Assembly (NCBI GenBank): GCA_973851085.1
Contig: OZ316775.1
Location: 14,446,001 to 14,510,000 of the forward strand
Length of the DNA: 64,000 bases
Direction: 5' to 3'
DNA from: Ptychomitrium polyphyllum
Taxonomy: Eukaryota
Shown: positions 12,181 through 24,493 of the stretch, one piece after another
Position numbering within the stretch: the first letter of the stretch is position 1
How the letters are laid out: every line of letters starts with the position of its first letter
Translations under genes and position numbers: made by a program
The notes under the pieces: generated by a model
Databases searched by the model: none
What the model saw: only the letters and a program-made list of their open reading frames with translations
Told to the model about the DNA's origin: nothing

Positions 12181-12879
12181 CGGGCAGCCTGGACACAACC
12201 GTGCCGAGCCAAGACAGCGGTACACTGCAACGTAGTTCTTTCATGTTCATTATCCTTCACATATGGGCACGAGTTTTATCAGGGTATCTTATCAGTATCA
12301 TCCGCGAAGTAGATGTTGTGCACACCTAGACTCATCATTGTGCTGTGAGTGACTTCTTTCTCACCCACGGAACTGCGGTTTGGGAGAGGGGAGAGGGCTG
12401 GTAGTGGCACGGTTGCAAATCATGGTGTAGGTGAAGGCTGGAATCAATCCATCTGAGTATCACCAGGTTTTCGCATTAGCATCATATGAACATTGTCTAG
12501 GTCTCAGCTAAAAAGAAAGCACGAGTAAGCACTCTCCCAAACTCTCTGTGCTTCGAGTGACATTCATTCTTCGGAGTCCAAGTTCCAACAATGGACTCGA
12601 TTGAAGCAAAGCTTGCAAGCGAGATCCAACAGAGCAAGAGGGTCAGCCCAGCGGCGCGGGTGAAGGTCGAAACGGGTAACCAGGTGCGGCGCGGGGGGCC
12701 CGTTCTGGTAGAGCAGTATAGAGAGGCAACAAAGGGGGCGAAAGGTGTGCACCGCAACTTCCAGCACCGAGCCCTAGCATTCCACATCCGTCACCCCGTC
12801 CTCCTTCCCTCTCCCCCCTTTGTTGCGATCGCGCTGCTCTCGCTCGCAACAACCTGCCGCTGTTCGCCTGGTTCGACAG

Positions 12880-13810
12880 GTCAGTTCTGCATCGCCATCA
12901 CCATCGCCATCGCCATCGTTATTGTCGTTGTCGTCTGTCGTGGTTGCTTTCTTTCTATCTTCTCTGTAACTCCTTAGCGGCCGTGGCAGGTACCTTCAGG
13001 TCTCGTCTTTTGGATCGCTCTACATTGCCGGTCTTGTATCTCAAGTTTCGTCTGGGTTGCATCTTCTTGTCTTAACGTCATGTTTTTCTCTTCCGGTTTT
13101 TTCCTTTTTTCGTGTTTCGTTTGATGTCGGTTTGTGGAAGTTATGGTTTTTTTTTGTATTGCCTCCATTTTGGTTTTCTTTATGAGTTCGGTCATGGGCG
13201 AGTTGCCGTGGTTGGGTTGAGTTTCTATTTTTCATCTTCTGTAACAGTCGTTTCTTAAACAGTCGCTGTTCTTTTGATATAGTCTTCCGATTGCGGTTCT
13301 TAGTTTGATGTGATCTTGGTTGATCGGTGGTGAGAATTAAGTGTTTGTAGCGGCTGTCAAGAGAGCGAGGTTGATGAGTGCTGTCTGTGCGCCTGAGAAG
13401 TTGAGGTGTTGATCAGCATGGCATGCATTGGAGAAATTACCTCAGTGGCTGTCTCACCAATGTTTTTTTTGTTAAGAAATAATAGGGCAGTAGGATTCTG
13501 GTTGCGAGTGATTTTTTGGCATTAATAATTGCTTGTCATCCGTGTGATTCGCATTCTGTGTTGTGCTTCATTTCTTGCAATATTTGGATCGCTTTCGTTG
13601 TCCCGTAATGTATTTCCTGATGCGCATGAATGTTTTCGTCATCAATTCTGTGTTGAAGGAAGTAATGATTCAGTTTCCGCGATAGTGATTTGTCACATAT
13701 TACGACCGTTATCAGAGCGTCGAGATGTTGCGTTCGAGTGTGCTTATTTGGAGGTTATTTACTTTCATGTTTTCTCACTTGGACCTTCGGTTCTTTTGTT
13801 CGGTTACAGG
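12880..13810 (+). other. Probable 5'UTR intron of VDAC, starting with an (atcgcc)n microsatellite
   Basis: Donor cag|gtcagt near 12880 after a CT-rich leader; T-rich body; acceptor ttacag| at 13809, about 50 nt before the ATG. Confidence 0.6.
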
Positions 13811-13862
13811 TTCGCGGTGTTAATTTCTTCCTGGGCACAAGAGGTTGACCGAGCAGACCGCC

Positions 13863-15930
13863 ATGGGCAAGGGACCAGGATTTTACTCGGACATTGGCAA
13901 GAAGACCAAAGGTTAGTTTTAATTTGGTATTGTATTTTGTTCTATCATGACTGCTTAGACGCTGTATTTCTTTGTCCCACAATGTTTCTGTTCTTTCCTC
14001 TATATATTGGCACATTTTCTCTCGCCTCATTTATATATCATAGAAGTGTTTCTAAAGAAACGAGTACGCATGCCTCATTACGCGCGGGAAACATAAAAAG
14101 GACTTTCTCTGCATTCTTTTTAAGAGGTTAATTACGTCGATAGTTTTTGCGAGCATGCACATTGTCAGCAGTGAGCATTGTCGCCGTTCGGAACACCTCA
14201 TTTTCCTCTTCTACTTTCAAACCGAGTAGTCAGGCCCTTCTTATTGTTGTCCCCGCTGAAATGTCCAAGTGACTACTTGTGATCATAATTTAGGTGTTTC
14301 TATGAAAGCCGGGTGAGCCTATCTAGACTGAGAGGCGAGGGGAGCATTTGAGTACTGCAGGGCGCAAGTCGAAGAAAGAGATTGCTTTCTTTGAAAGCGT
14401 CTTTGTATGTTTTTTTGCCAGTATTCTCCTACTGATTGGGCAGAGTGAAAGAGGCCTTCTTAATTTTTTAGTTTTTTTTGTGCTTCTATTTCACTCAGCG
14501 ACTAAAGTGTGCTGTGTTTGTTTACTTTTCAACATTGGAAATTTACTCCTGTGACATTCTCATGATCTTGTTTTCTGTACAGATCTTCTTAACAAGGATT
14601 ACACTTATGACCAGAAGTTTGTTATCACTACAAACACCCAGTCTGGATTGGTAAGCTATTGTTGGCGATGTCGTAGAGTCAAAACTTCGGTAGTTTCTCG
14701 TCTTTTGTAAGATAGTTAATTAGTCCTATTGTAGTAAAAGTGTGATCTGACACGACGTACCATTATCTTATACGAATGAGTATTGCGGGTAGAGTTTTTT
14801 TTATATCTATTGCTCATTTGATTTTTGTTACTGAGGAATTATTTAATTGCATTTGCAGGCCTTCACTTCCACTGGTGTGAAGAGAGGGGAGGGATTTTCG
14901 GGTGATGTAAATACATCTTTTGTAAACAAGAACATCACAGCTGATGTGAAAGTTGACACCAAGTCAAACGTAATTCTCACATCACTTGAAATGGCGAGAA
15001 ATACCTTTTTGTTTCTTTTATGGAGGTTATGTTATTGGTTCCTGTTGCGATAGTGGCTGAATCGCTAATATGCCTTGACAATTTCCACAGATCTTTGCAA
15101 CCGTCACCGTCGATGAATTTGCACCAGGAGCTAAGAGTGTGTTCACCTTTACAATCCCCGATCACAAATCTGGCAAGGTATTTTGAGAACCAGTCCTCTG
15201 TTGACAGCAACAATTCCGGGGTTGGTTTTACATTCTATTTGAATGTTTGTTTAGAGCGCCGCAGTAATATTGGATTTGTTTTGTGCAGCTTGAACTTCTG
15301 TACAAACAAGATTTCTGTGGAATTAGTGGCGCAATTGGTTTGACACCTACCCCTATTGTGGAGGCCACTGGAGCCCTTGGAAGCGAAGGCTTCTCTGTTG
15401 GTGGCGAGCTTGCTTTTGACACTAATTCAGGGTCCCTGATTAAATATAACGCTGGTCTCGGTTTTGTGAAGCCCGACTTCAATGCCTCCTTGATCTTGTA
15501 CGTCTTAATGAATTAATCATCGTTATTATGCTGAGCGTTTGTTTGTATATATCTTGCCCTAGTTTATGTTGTAGACACTACGTCCATCCTTTTCCTGATT
15601 GCTGTTCTCTTTGAACAATGCAGGGCTGAGAAGGGTGACCTGCTGAAGGCTTCTTACCTACACACAGTGAGCCCAGTATCTAGAACAACAGTGGCTGCTG
15701 AGATTGCCCATAGATTTTCAAAGAATGAGAACACTTTCACTGTTGGAGGTCTGTACGAGTTGGACACTTTGACCACAGTGAAGGCACGGTTGAACAACCA
15801 TGGAAAGTTGGCAGCTCTTCTTCAGCATGAGTGGAGGCCTAAGTCGCTGATCACATTCTCTGGGGAAGTGGACACCAAATCTTTGGATAAGACAGCGAAG
15901 ATTGGTTTGGCGTTGGCTCTGAAGCCTTGA
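13863..15930 (+). CDS. VDAC: Mitochondrial outer membrane porin, 6 exons (13863-13911, 14583-14650, 14859-14969, 15091-15177, 15289-15497, 15624-15930), 276 aa
   Basis: MGKGPGFYSDIGKKTKDLLNKDY start and VKARLNNHGKLAALLQHEWRPKS...KIGLALALKP end. All introns are GT-AG; exons sum to 831 nt. Confidence 0.97.
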
Positions 15931-16699
15931 GAAAGTTGAATTTTATGATTCTCTCACTCTTCAGATCCCTATGGCTGATTTAGGGGTTACCGATATACTG
16001 CGTTGTGATTTGGACTTGGAAGTTGTGAGTGCAATCTCTGCGTTTATTATTCTCAGGGATGGCGAGGTCACACCAAGAAGAGAATAAGCATTTTTGAAAT
16101 GCTGCACAATTTTAATGCACGAGAAGATTACATGTCTTTTCCGGAATGAGTTCAAACAGCTTCCGTTTCAAAGAATTTTACACTGATTTTGAAATTTGGT
16201 CTAGAGATGCACCTATCAAACATGTCTGTTCTTGGTTCTCCTCGGTCCCTTTCCCTCCCTCATGGCTTTCAAAGTACTGAGACTATCACTCCTGGGGTTC
16301 ACAATTTTCATACTCCCAGATGTGTCCGAGTAAGCATATTCTGTGCAGGTCAGATAGCCTTGTCGAGGCAATTTTGGTAGGAATGGATTAGAGGTCTGTT
16401 CAGGGATGGTTCTGCAAAGTCTTGATATAGGGTAGCACTAATTGGAGGTGATTGGGCATATTGCAAACAGAAGGTATTCAAATTGTGATGGTTTTTGTTT
16501 TTCTTTGATCTCTGAGTCATGTAATCTCTGTCAGACAATTTGTAATCGAATAAATTTTCATTTTTTGAGTTTGTGACATTGTACGACATATGAGACTGAC
16601 AACGCAATTCGCAAAGATGAATCCAATGTTTCCAACTACTCATGATATGCTATCCTGTTACCGTGTTTCCATTTTTGTGTAACACAAAATGTTATGAAT

Positions 16700-17620
16700 C
16701 TCATATGTTGTTTAAACTGTTTTGGTCACAATCTGTTGTGGTAGGTGGTAGGTGATGCATGATGGCATGAGTCTATTTTGGTGGACAAACTTCTTCAACA
16801 AACTTCTTCAATCTTTGGTGGACCAAGTTTTTGATAATGGATTTGTACCTTTGAATGATGGAGTTATGTCTTTGAGAAAGGATCTAAGTTTACTTGATTT
16901 GGTAACATCAATTATTGTAGACTTTGAATCCTTTGGTAACATATTTAAACTTTCTTGATAAAGCTTTTTTTAAAATAAACTTCTTTGGATATTGTGTATG
17001 CTCATCAACTTCAACACATCAAAGATGAATCAAATTATTTTTAGTCCTACTCAAGACTTTGTTTTTAAAAAAAACTATTTATTTTATTCTTTAAATGGAT
17101 TATATTAAGCATAACCCAAATTCAAGGTTATATGTAGGATTATCTATCCTTTAAATTTGTCTTTCATTTTAAACCTCTTGTTTTTAAAAATTTTGAAAAA
17201 TTTTAATATTTTACTTTACAATTAATTTTCAACAAACCTACAAGAATGTAAAATAATGTTTTAATTGTAAGTTGCTATTACTATAATTATCACACTTTTT
17301 TTTAAAAGAATAGTCTTATTATTTAGAAAAATTCTTGCTAATAAAGCAATTGTTTCTTTCAAATTAAATACTATGACCACTAGGCCTCAAAATATAATTT
17401 AGGAATACTATTGTTGCTAGAAATAACATCTATATATGTCATCAACAATATTTAAACAATTATATTCTTACAAATTTGAAGTGGAATATTATTGCCAAAT
17501 TTTCTCTCAAATAAAAACCATTGAAAACTAATATTTTTATAAACCAATTCACCTCCTTAAATCAGGTATCATAATATAATAGGCATTTTTAAGCACCTCC
17601 TAAGTTGCATCCAAGGGTTC
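16700..17620. mobile_element. AT-rich decayed TE-like insert between convergent VDAC and IMPACT 3' ends
   Basis: Compositional shift and no ORF. Confidence 0.3.
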
Positions 17621-18148
17621 CCCATCCCTAAATTTGTGTGCATCAAAGCATACAAGAAGAAAAAATTCTACCCACAATATTTTGCATTTTTCTTTGCGAA
17701 ATGGAACATATGCCCAAACTGTTTTGCATTCTATCTTGTGAGGAATCCAAAGTCCAATGAGCCTAACCTTATCTTTTACCTTTTAAGCACTTTGTGCATT
17801 ATGTCCACTTGAAGGTAATGGAGTCATACATTTTTTGGTGATTCCAGGCACAATACGCAACTTTAAGGGTTTAGATTGCGCCATTACTTCCTCCATTTGG
17901 AAAATTACTTTTTGAATAATGCACTTAAGATTGGTTGTAGAAGCCTATCCCAAGCAACTGCTATACGCTTTGTGAAATTAGAATCCATATTCCCAGAAAC
18001 AACTTCCTCATCTCTTTTTCCCTGCTTTCAAAAAAATTTGACAAACAAACCAGTCATAAATTGGGCAATTGTACACCAGAAAGCGTGGTTGCATATTTCA
18101 GGCCCTGCAAGCTCTTTGTCGTCTGTTACAGAGAAGGCAAAAGGATCA

Positions 18149-20448
18149 CTACAACTTCAACGAAAACATACTGTGTCGACACTTACCCTTTTGTAAGTTA
18201 GACTTCAGTAAGGCCTTATGATTTGCAGGAGCACTAGACTTAACACCTGCAATATAACCCCACGAGCCAAGCAGCGACCGTGCAGCGTTGTTGATGTGCT
18301 TGAACCTGTCAGGACCCAGTTGAATACCTCCATACCATCGAGATACAACTACAACCTGGAGCAAGCATGTGGTTTTTATTAGAAAAACAGGAAGCCAGTT
18401 CCGTGGGCGGTAGAAAGTCATGGTTGCTCTATACATAGATAGATACAAAATATATCTGTATAACTCCAGAACTGCTTGTGAAGGGCATACCACATTTATT
18501 GCATTCACAATCTGAAGCAAATGGAGAAGCCGCCCACCAGCTGCTGTTTCCCCATCATCATCATTGTCTTGTAATACCTGCAGATAATGCACAGGACACA
18601 TGATATTGGCAAACAAAGAGCTCAAATTACTGACATCGCTTCAAACTCCAGCGAAAGAGCATCATAATTGACCCCAGATCTTCAAATTATCTGGTCAACT
18701 GTAGATATACTGGTCGAATAGGATCAATGCAGTAAGATAGCAAATTATAATCCAAGAAAATTGAACATAGGAGAAAGAGAGGGTTACAGTGTTCTTTATT
18801 GGCATAATAATTCGATAAGCCATGATATTATGAGTTGCTGCAGCAATTTTGCGGTTCCTAAGTAAAGCATCCATGACTGCTTCTACATCGTCTGCACTCT
18901 TCACTGGTGCCAGATGTGCTTGAAAGGTACCTGTTTGAGTTCAGGTAGTTGGTCACGAGGTGAAGATAGCACGTGTATTTGCCTTTCTTGCTCTCTTAGA
19001 ATCCAATGACAGGTCAGTTAGAAATAAAATCTTCAGCACAATCAGAAGTGCGACTATACAAGTCTAGAACTCACTCCTTTTTTCGGTGAAGGGTTCTCCA
19101 TGGACAATGCCAAGAATTTTATCATACTCTTCTGATCCCTTCTCGTCAAGGATATTCTCTGAGTTTTGCAAGCTCTTATCCAGCATTACCTCCTCTGGCC
19201 TGCACCCATAACATTTGGAGAGTGAACCCTCTGTCTGATGCCTGGGAGGCGTCCAGAAGACGTAACTAGGAATAAATATCTTCTGAATAAAGCAAAAATG
19301 ACCAAATTTCCCTACTTATGCACGTCTATTGACACAAACGCCATAAATTAGAAGAGGGTATGACGTACATGTGAGAATCCATCGACGCTGAAGAAGAATC
19401 TTTCTCATCTGCCAATTCATCAAACACTGTTAGAGATCATCTCAGAGCAGCATTTCTCTAGTTCATTCTCAACCGACTGCTCTATGCCTCTACAGAGGGA
19501 TATAAGCAACGGGAAATGTAGGCATGGGATATACCACAATGTGTCTTTGAAGAAAAAAACGTAAGTAAAGAGCAAAAGAGAAAGGTACATGAAAGTTCAA
19601 CTGGTGGAGCATGGTCTCGCACCCAACTCCTGGCTTCTTCCCACAACCAATCCTGTTCCTGTTACCAAATTTGATTCAGCATGAAGCCAAACATTAATCT
19701 CATAAGTAGACCAGAATGCTTCACGATTGCACCATAGCCATAAATATAATTGACCAGTGTACATATCGAAAGCACCAGTGAACTCAAGAGATGGTTTTAA
19801 TAGCACCTTCAGCCATTGCACCCATCTAAACAGAACCACTTCCCCAACAGCTTCCTCATACAAGCTTGTAAACATCTCCACCACTCGTCGCCGAGAATTC
19901 TCAGAGAGCCACCCAGCGTGCAGCTCTGCTACAGGGCACAAAGCGGAGGGATACGACTCCGGCAAGTGAACTCCCAGTTTCAATGACAGCTCTCCGTCGC
20001 TGCTCCCATCGGCTGGGTACACCTGAATCTGTAAAAGATCCATGCGTATTTGTCATAAAGTCATTGGCACGGACGCACGACTAGGTGAACAACATTGGAG
20101 GAGTCAGACTCAAGGAAAAACTTAGACAAAACACAAAGTGCGCGTCAATTGATTGACGTAGATGCCAAAACCCTAATCATGCTGTTGCCAAATTGGTGAA
20201 CAGATGGTAACGCCTACCTCACAAAACTGGTTTGTTGAGGAAACCTGACAATCTTCTTCCCCGTATATTGATCTCAGAACTTCCAATTCCTCAGCTTGGG
20301 CGTTCCGATTCTCTAGAAAGCAGAAAGCGAACAAATCAGAAAACAAGACACCAAAATTCTATGGGTTTCGAAGCCGCACAACACTTCGTAGAGCCGCAGC
20401 CAATGACCAGTGGCACTGACACACCGATTGACTCCAGCTACTTTCCAT
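18149..20448 (-). CDS. IMPACT: IMPACT/Yih1 family protein (N-terminal RWD domain + YigZ/UPF0029 domain), multi-exon
   Basis: RWD motifs AQAEELEVLRSIYG, LPESYPS, GEVVLFRWVQWLK. YigZ motifs HGEPFTEK, TFQAHLA, KIAAATHNIMAYRI, DDDGETAAGGRLLHLLQ, VVVSRWYGGIQLGPDRFKHINN. The 7-nt first exon (ATG at 20448) is inferred from phase. Confidence 0.92.
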
Positions 20449-21196
20449 CGACGCTTTGAGCCTCACTTGCATTGACAAAAAAGTGTTACGTCAAGTCCAT
20501 TCAAACATGGTCGCCAGCTCATTCTGTCCCCAATGCAGCAATCAACAAAGGTCAAATTGCATCGTGGATGTAAAATCTAACGAAAGAAGGACAAGCACCA
20601 TGAAAAGGAAGCGGTACGAAATTTAACCTTCCATTTCCATATTGGAGAAGAGGCAAACGACTCAACCCAGTGGCAAAACTCGAAGTAGATATAATGGCCG
20701 TGAATCACTGAACACATACCACCACCCTCTACCGAGTCCCAATTCCCAGCAGAAGCCACACGAAAAGACTCACGACTACCGCATCAGGGCACCACACTAA
20801 AACAGAAGGAAAAGGAAAAGTAAAAGGTCATAAGACAGTGGAAGCTCTGACAGACTTGGTTGTTGTGGACTGCACGTCAATCAGGGCAAAGTTCAAACTT
20901 TGAAGCGCATAACTTATGATAAACCCTTCTGCATAGGCACACATAGGACCCAAAGCTGGTCACATAACGCTCAATTCCTATCAAAATGAATCCTGCAACC
21001 AGGTTCTGCAGTCTCAAGTGGGCCCACCTTCTGTGGGTCCGGCGTCCACAACTTGTCTGAAACTCTGAGCAAGTGGATTTGCTTTTTAAGCGAGGTTGGG
21101 GTTCTGATCCCCTGTCTGGCAAACTTGACAAAGTGCACAATTGATGAGAACTCCTCACTTGATGCGTGGTTTACAGGCGCTCATCGGCAAGTGATC

Positions 21197-21517
21197 ATGG
21201 AGCCAGGGAGCGCCGGCATGTATCCAGCGTATGCACAGCAAGCACCACCAGGAGGATACGCCCCACCTCCGAACTACGTGATTCATCACAGAGTGGAAGG
21301 CGTGCACACCGCTCCGCCGTTGCGGGACGGATATGGGAACCCTTATGTCTACACGGACAAGGTCACCCACGATCCGAATTGCCGTTACGGCTACGGCGTG
21401 GCCGTGAGCCCAGAGAGGAGACGCAAGAACCGCATCGCCAATGCCCTCGCTGCCGCCTTCATCGTTTGCTGGTGCTGCACCTGGCCCTGCCACGGTCCCT
21501 GCTGCTGTGGATTGTGA
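21197..21517 (+). CDS. CYSTM-like small protein (Pro/Gly/Tyr-rich N-terminus, basic patch, Cys-rich C-terminal TM anchor), 106 aa
   Basis: MEPGSAGMYPAYAQQAPPGGYAPPP...RRRKNRIANALAAAFIVCWCCTWPCHGPCCCGL*. GC-rich codons; acceptor ttacag just upstream of the ATG. Confidence 0.8.
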   Translation: MEPGSAGMYPAYAQQAPPGGYAPPPNYVIHHRVEGVHTAPPLRDGYGNPYVYTDKVTHDPNCRYGYGVAVSPERRRKNRIANALAAAFIVCWCCTWPCHGPCCCGL

Positions 21518-23490
21518 TCCAACATCATCTCGGACGCTCAATTGCTCCTTCCAGTCCTTGAGAACAGAGTCATCGTCCATCGAAGTCAGGTGCTGAGATT
21601 GAAAGGCTCCCAATTTGCAAAGTAATTAGTGATATTGTGAATTCTTATCTAGAATGTGTTGTTGCGATGCATCGTCTGGTTTGGGTTCCATGAACTCTTT
21701 CTCTTCTCTTAGAATTTGATCAGTAAGCAGCAGCTGCAGCTTTGAATGTAAATCTTGGATGCCAAGGCAGAGTTGCTCGTGTAAAGTATGGGTTTGTCGT
21801 GATCGGCACTTTGTTACTGCTTTTTCTATCATTCAAAGATGTCAGGATGTTCATTCAATTTGTGTGTGTTTGTGGAATCAGTGACGCCTATGTTTGAACC
21901 TAAATTTTTGTTTATTTTCGTTTCTTGTTTGCTGTCACGATGTTTGCTTGAAGAGAAGTCAAGTGCATCAAGTAGAATCAGGTAAAGCTACCTGAACAGG
22001 AAACGTTTAGAAATCATCAACAATTAGTTTTAGCTACCCATAGCTGTACACAGCGAATCAAGTTGAGAGAAGGGTGACACAAACTCCGGTTCCTCAGCTC
22101 TTGGATTCCTGTCTATACTGACAAGTGATTAACCCTTTGGAGCCTAGAGTGGTCTCTGCTGAAAGCAGGTTTTCCCTCAAGCTTTTCCTTCTGATAGATG
22201 ATGGAAATAGAAGCCATAAAAACACATTTGACTGCACCATACGATGCACAATACAATTAGACAAGCATACCATAAGTGCTATAAAGATCATAACTATTAT
22301 GTGAGGTCTATGTTGTGCCCCTAATTTCTGAAATTCAAGAAGTGTGCGTATTTGCAACCAAACAAAGAGGGGCAAAGAATTCTACCGGTTCAGCACGGAG
22401 ACTTGATATTATCATTTGAATAAGCGTGGAAAAGGCGGGGGTAGATTTTGTAACACTTCATAGCATTTTATGAGCGCTAGCATAGGGTAGGGTGAATAGA
22501 GTGACCACGACGTTGTACAGTGCATGATTACTCTTATACACAAGTTTGAAAATCGGCTTATGAATCCAAGTACATGATACAAAGTCTGAACAACAGAAAA
22601 AGAAATTTGTGATTATAAGTCAGCATACAACAAAGTCATAGGAAACACTGTAGTAACACATAGATTTGCTTCAAATGTTTTTTCAAAAGTCATCTTTAGG
22701 TACAACAGGCCTGCACATGTTCAGTCTTTTTGAATGTGTTCAACTGAACCAACAGAGAGGATGAGCAAGCCATACTGATTACAAGGACCAGTAAATCGAT
22801 GAGAAGGTGAGAATGAGAGGAGCGTTGGTCACTCTTTAGTGCATATCATATACCTCTTTCGTTGGTCTCAAAATGCCTGTGGTACACGTCGTATTGTATT
22901 TGCATTCATTCCTGGTACCTATGTTGATTAGAGTGAAACGAGGAATGTTACATTAGATGCATGATACAAGTCAGCAACTCTAAACGAATCTACGTGAAGG
23001 CTGATTCTTTACAGATTTGAAAGTAAAATCATTCCCCTGACTTCTGTTGCCATAACATGGTCATCTGAGTTCCAAAGGGTTAACGAGGGCTTGTGAGCTT
23101 CGAGTGATACAGAGCACGTCTTGAAACTCCTTCATTGGGTAGTAAGGCTTCTAAGGAAGCAAGAGTAAATTCCTGCATTAAGTCCTCGCAAAGCAGCCAT
23201 TCATATCTCAAATGAAATGACTTTACATATTGACCAACTCAAATAAGCATATCGCATGATGCTCTCAGTTATCAGCGCCACGACGCAAATTCACCAGTGT
23301 GCAATGCCAGTTGCAACGTTGCCACCTTGCAACCATGTGGGTTACAAAAGCAAGAGTTTAAACCATTGTAAAAATGACCTTCTTTACCATTATCAAAATT
23401 TCGCTTGTATTAAAATCCATGACATTTGCATCCTCTGACACAAAGTCCACTTAAGGTGCCCAATTAACAACGCGTTTTAGCAATCAACAG

Positions 23491-24018
23491 CTTGGATGCC
23501 CTTTGATGGCCAGTCTATATTGAAACTGTTTATCCTAGGGGCATAAGTTTAAGCTCTGTTACAAATTCTCCCATGTAAAGTGCCTGTTCCAATATTACAA
23601 CAATCTGTACAAAAGTGAAAAAGTTCCACCAGATTCAGAAGCATAACCACCCAAAGTAGAGTTGCTGTGGCTCTCACCATTTAAATTCTTAAGACGAGGA
23701 TGTTCAGCAAATAATAATCTTGTCCCGTTTTTGCAAGTTGTTTAAAATCGAAATTTCGATTATATGAGAATGTCCTACTGAAAATTGAAGTTTCAATTAT
23801 TGTCGAATGGACACCACAAATTTTTATCTTTGAAACATATGGGACCTTCCTCCCATTCAGTAAGGGTCCTTACAAACAACAAAATTGCAATTGGATACAT
23901 ATGGCTATGGTATGGAGATATTTGCAATGCAAGTGACGATGATTCTGAATGCAGCTAAATCTACCTGATGAAAAATCAAATAGCTTCCATCTAGACTGGC
24001 CATCAAAGAGCATCCAAG
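23491..24018. repeat. 41-bp inverted repeat pair enclosing ~450 bp (foldback/MITE-like)
   Basis: 23491-23531 cttggatgccctttgatggccagtctatattgaaactgttt is the reverse complement of 23978-24018 aaatagcttccatctagactggccatcaaagagcatccaag at 36/41 positions. Confidence 0.8.
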
Positions 24019-24493
24019 TACCTAGTGGAGACTCGAGTCAATGGACTCTCGCATCGGACTTCAGCACACATCCGGTGATGTTTCCGGCATTCACACCGGC
24101 ATCCAGCACACGTCCAACAGAAGGAGCTGCACTTTTTAAACAAAATCTCCCAACAGCTTCTCCACCAGATCGTCTGTACTTGGTCGATTCAGAACTCTGA
24201 ACTGGTACCGCAACGAAACACAAAACAGTGAACCCTCCACATCCTTGCTGCTCCATTGCCTGGCGTCGACATCGAACTAGAAGAACGTCACGACGTAAGC
24301 CACGGTGGTGAGGATATCCGCGACATGGCGGGCCATGCACTGTGAAGTTAATTTTCTTGGTGCTGTAAGTTCTGGTGCTACTGCCCAGCCTTTCCCTATT
24401 CTGGTTAATCTCTGATAGCTTTCGAGAAACTACTCCTCCAACAGGAATAGAGATGAAGAGAATAGTTGACCAATGTCGACAATGTCAAAATGC

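Noticed and set aside
12497..13235. GC-rich ORFs upstream of VDAC
   Set aside because: They span the promoter, CT-rich leader, microsatellite and 5'UTR intron; the translations are low-complexity.
13529..14131. 200-aa ORF
   Set aside because: T-rich intron sequence overlapping VDAC exon 1 in the wrong frame, with a non-ATG start.
20168..20176. Telo-box AAACCCTAA in an IMPACT intron
   Set aside because: A single 9-mer. Plausible for a translation-related gene but not distinguishable from chance.
22000..23450. Possible small exons on the minus strand between CYSTM and STP
   Set aside because: No consistent reading frame or recognisable family could be assembled.
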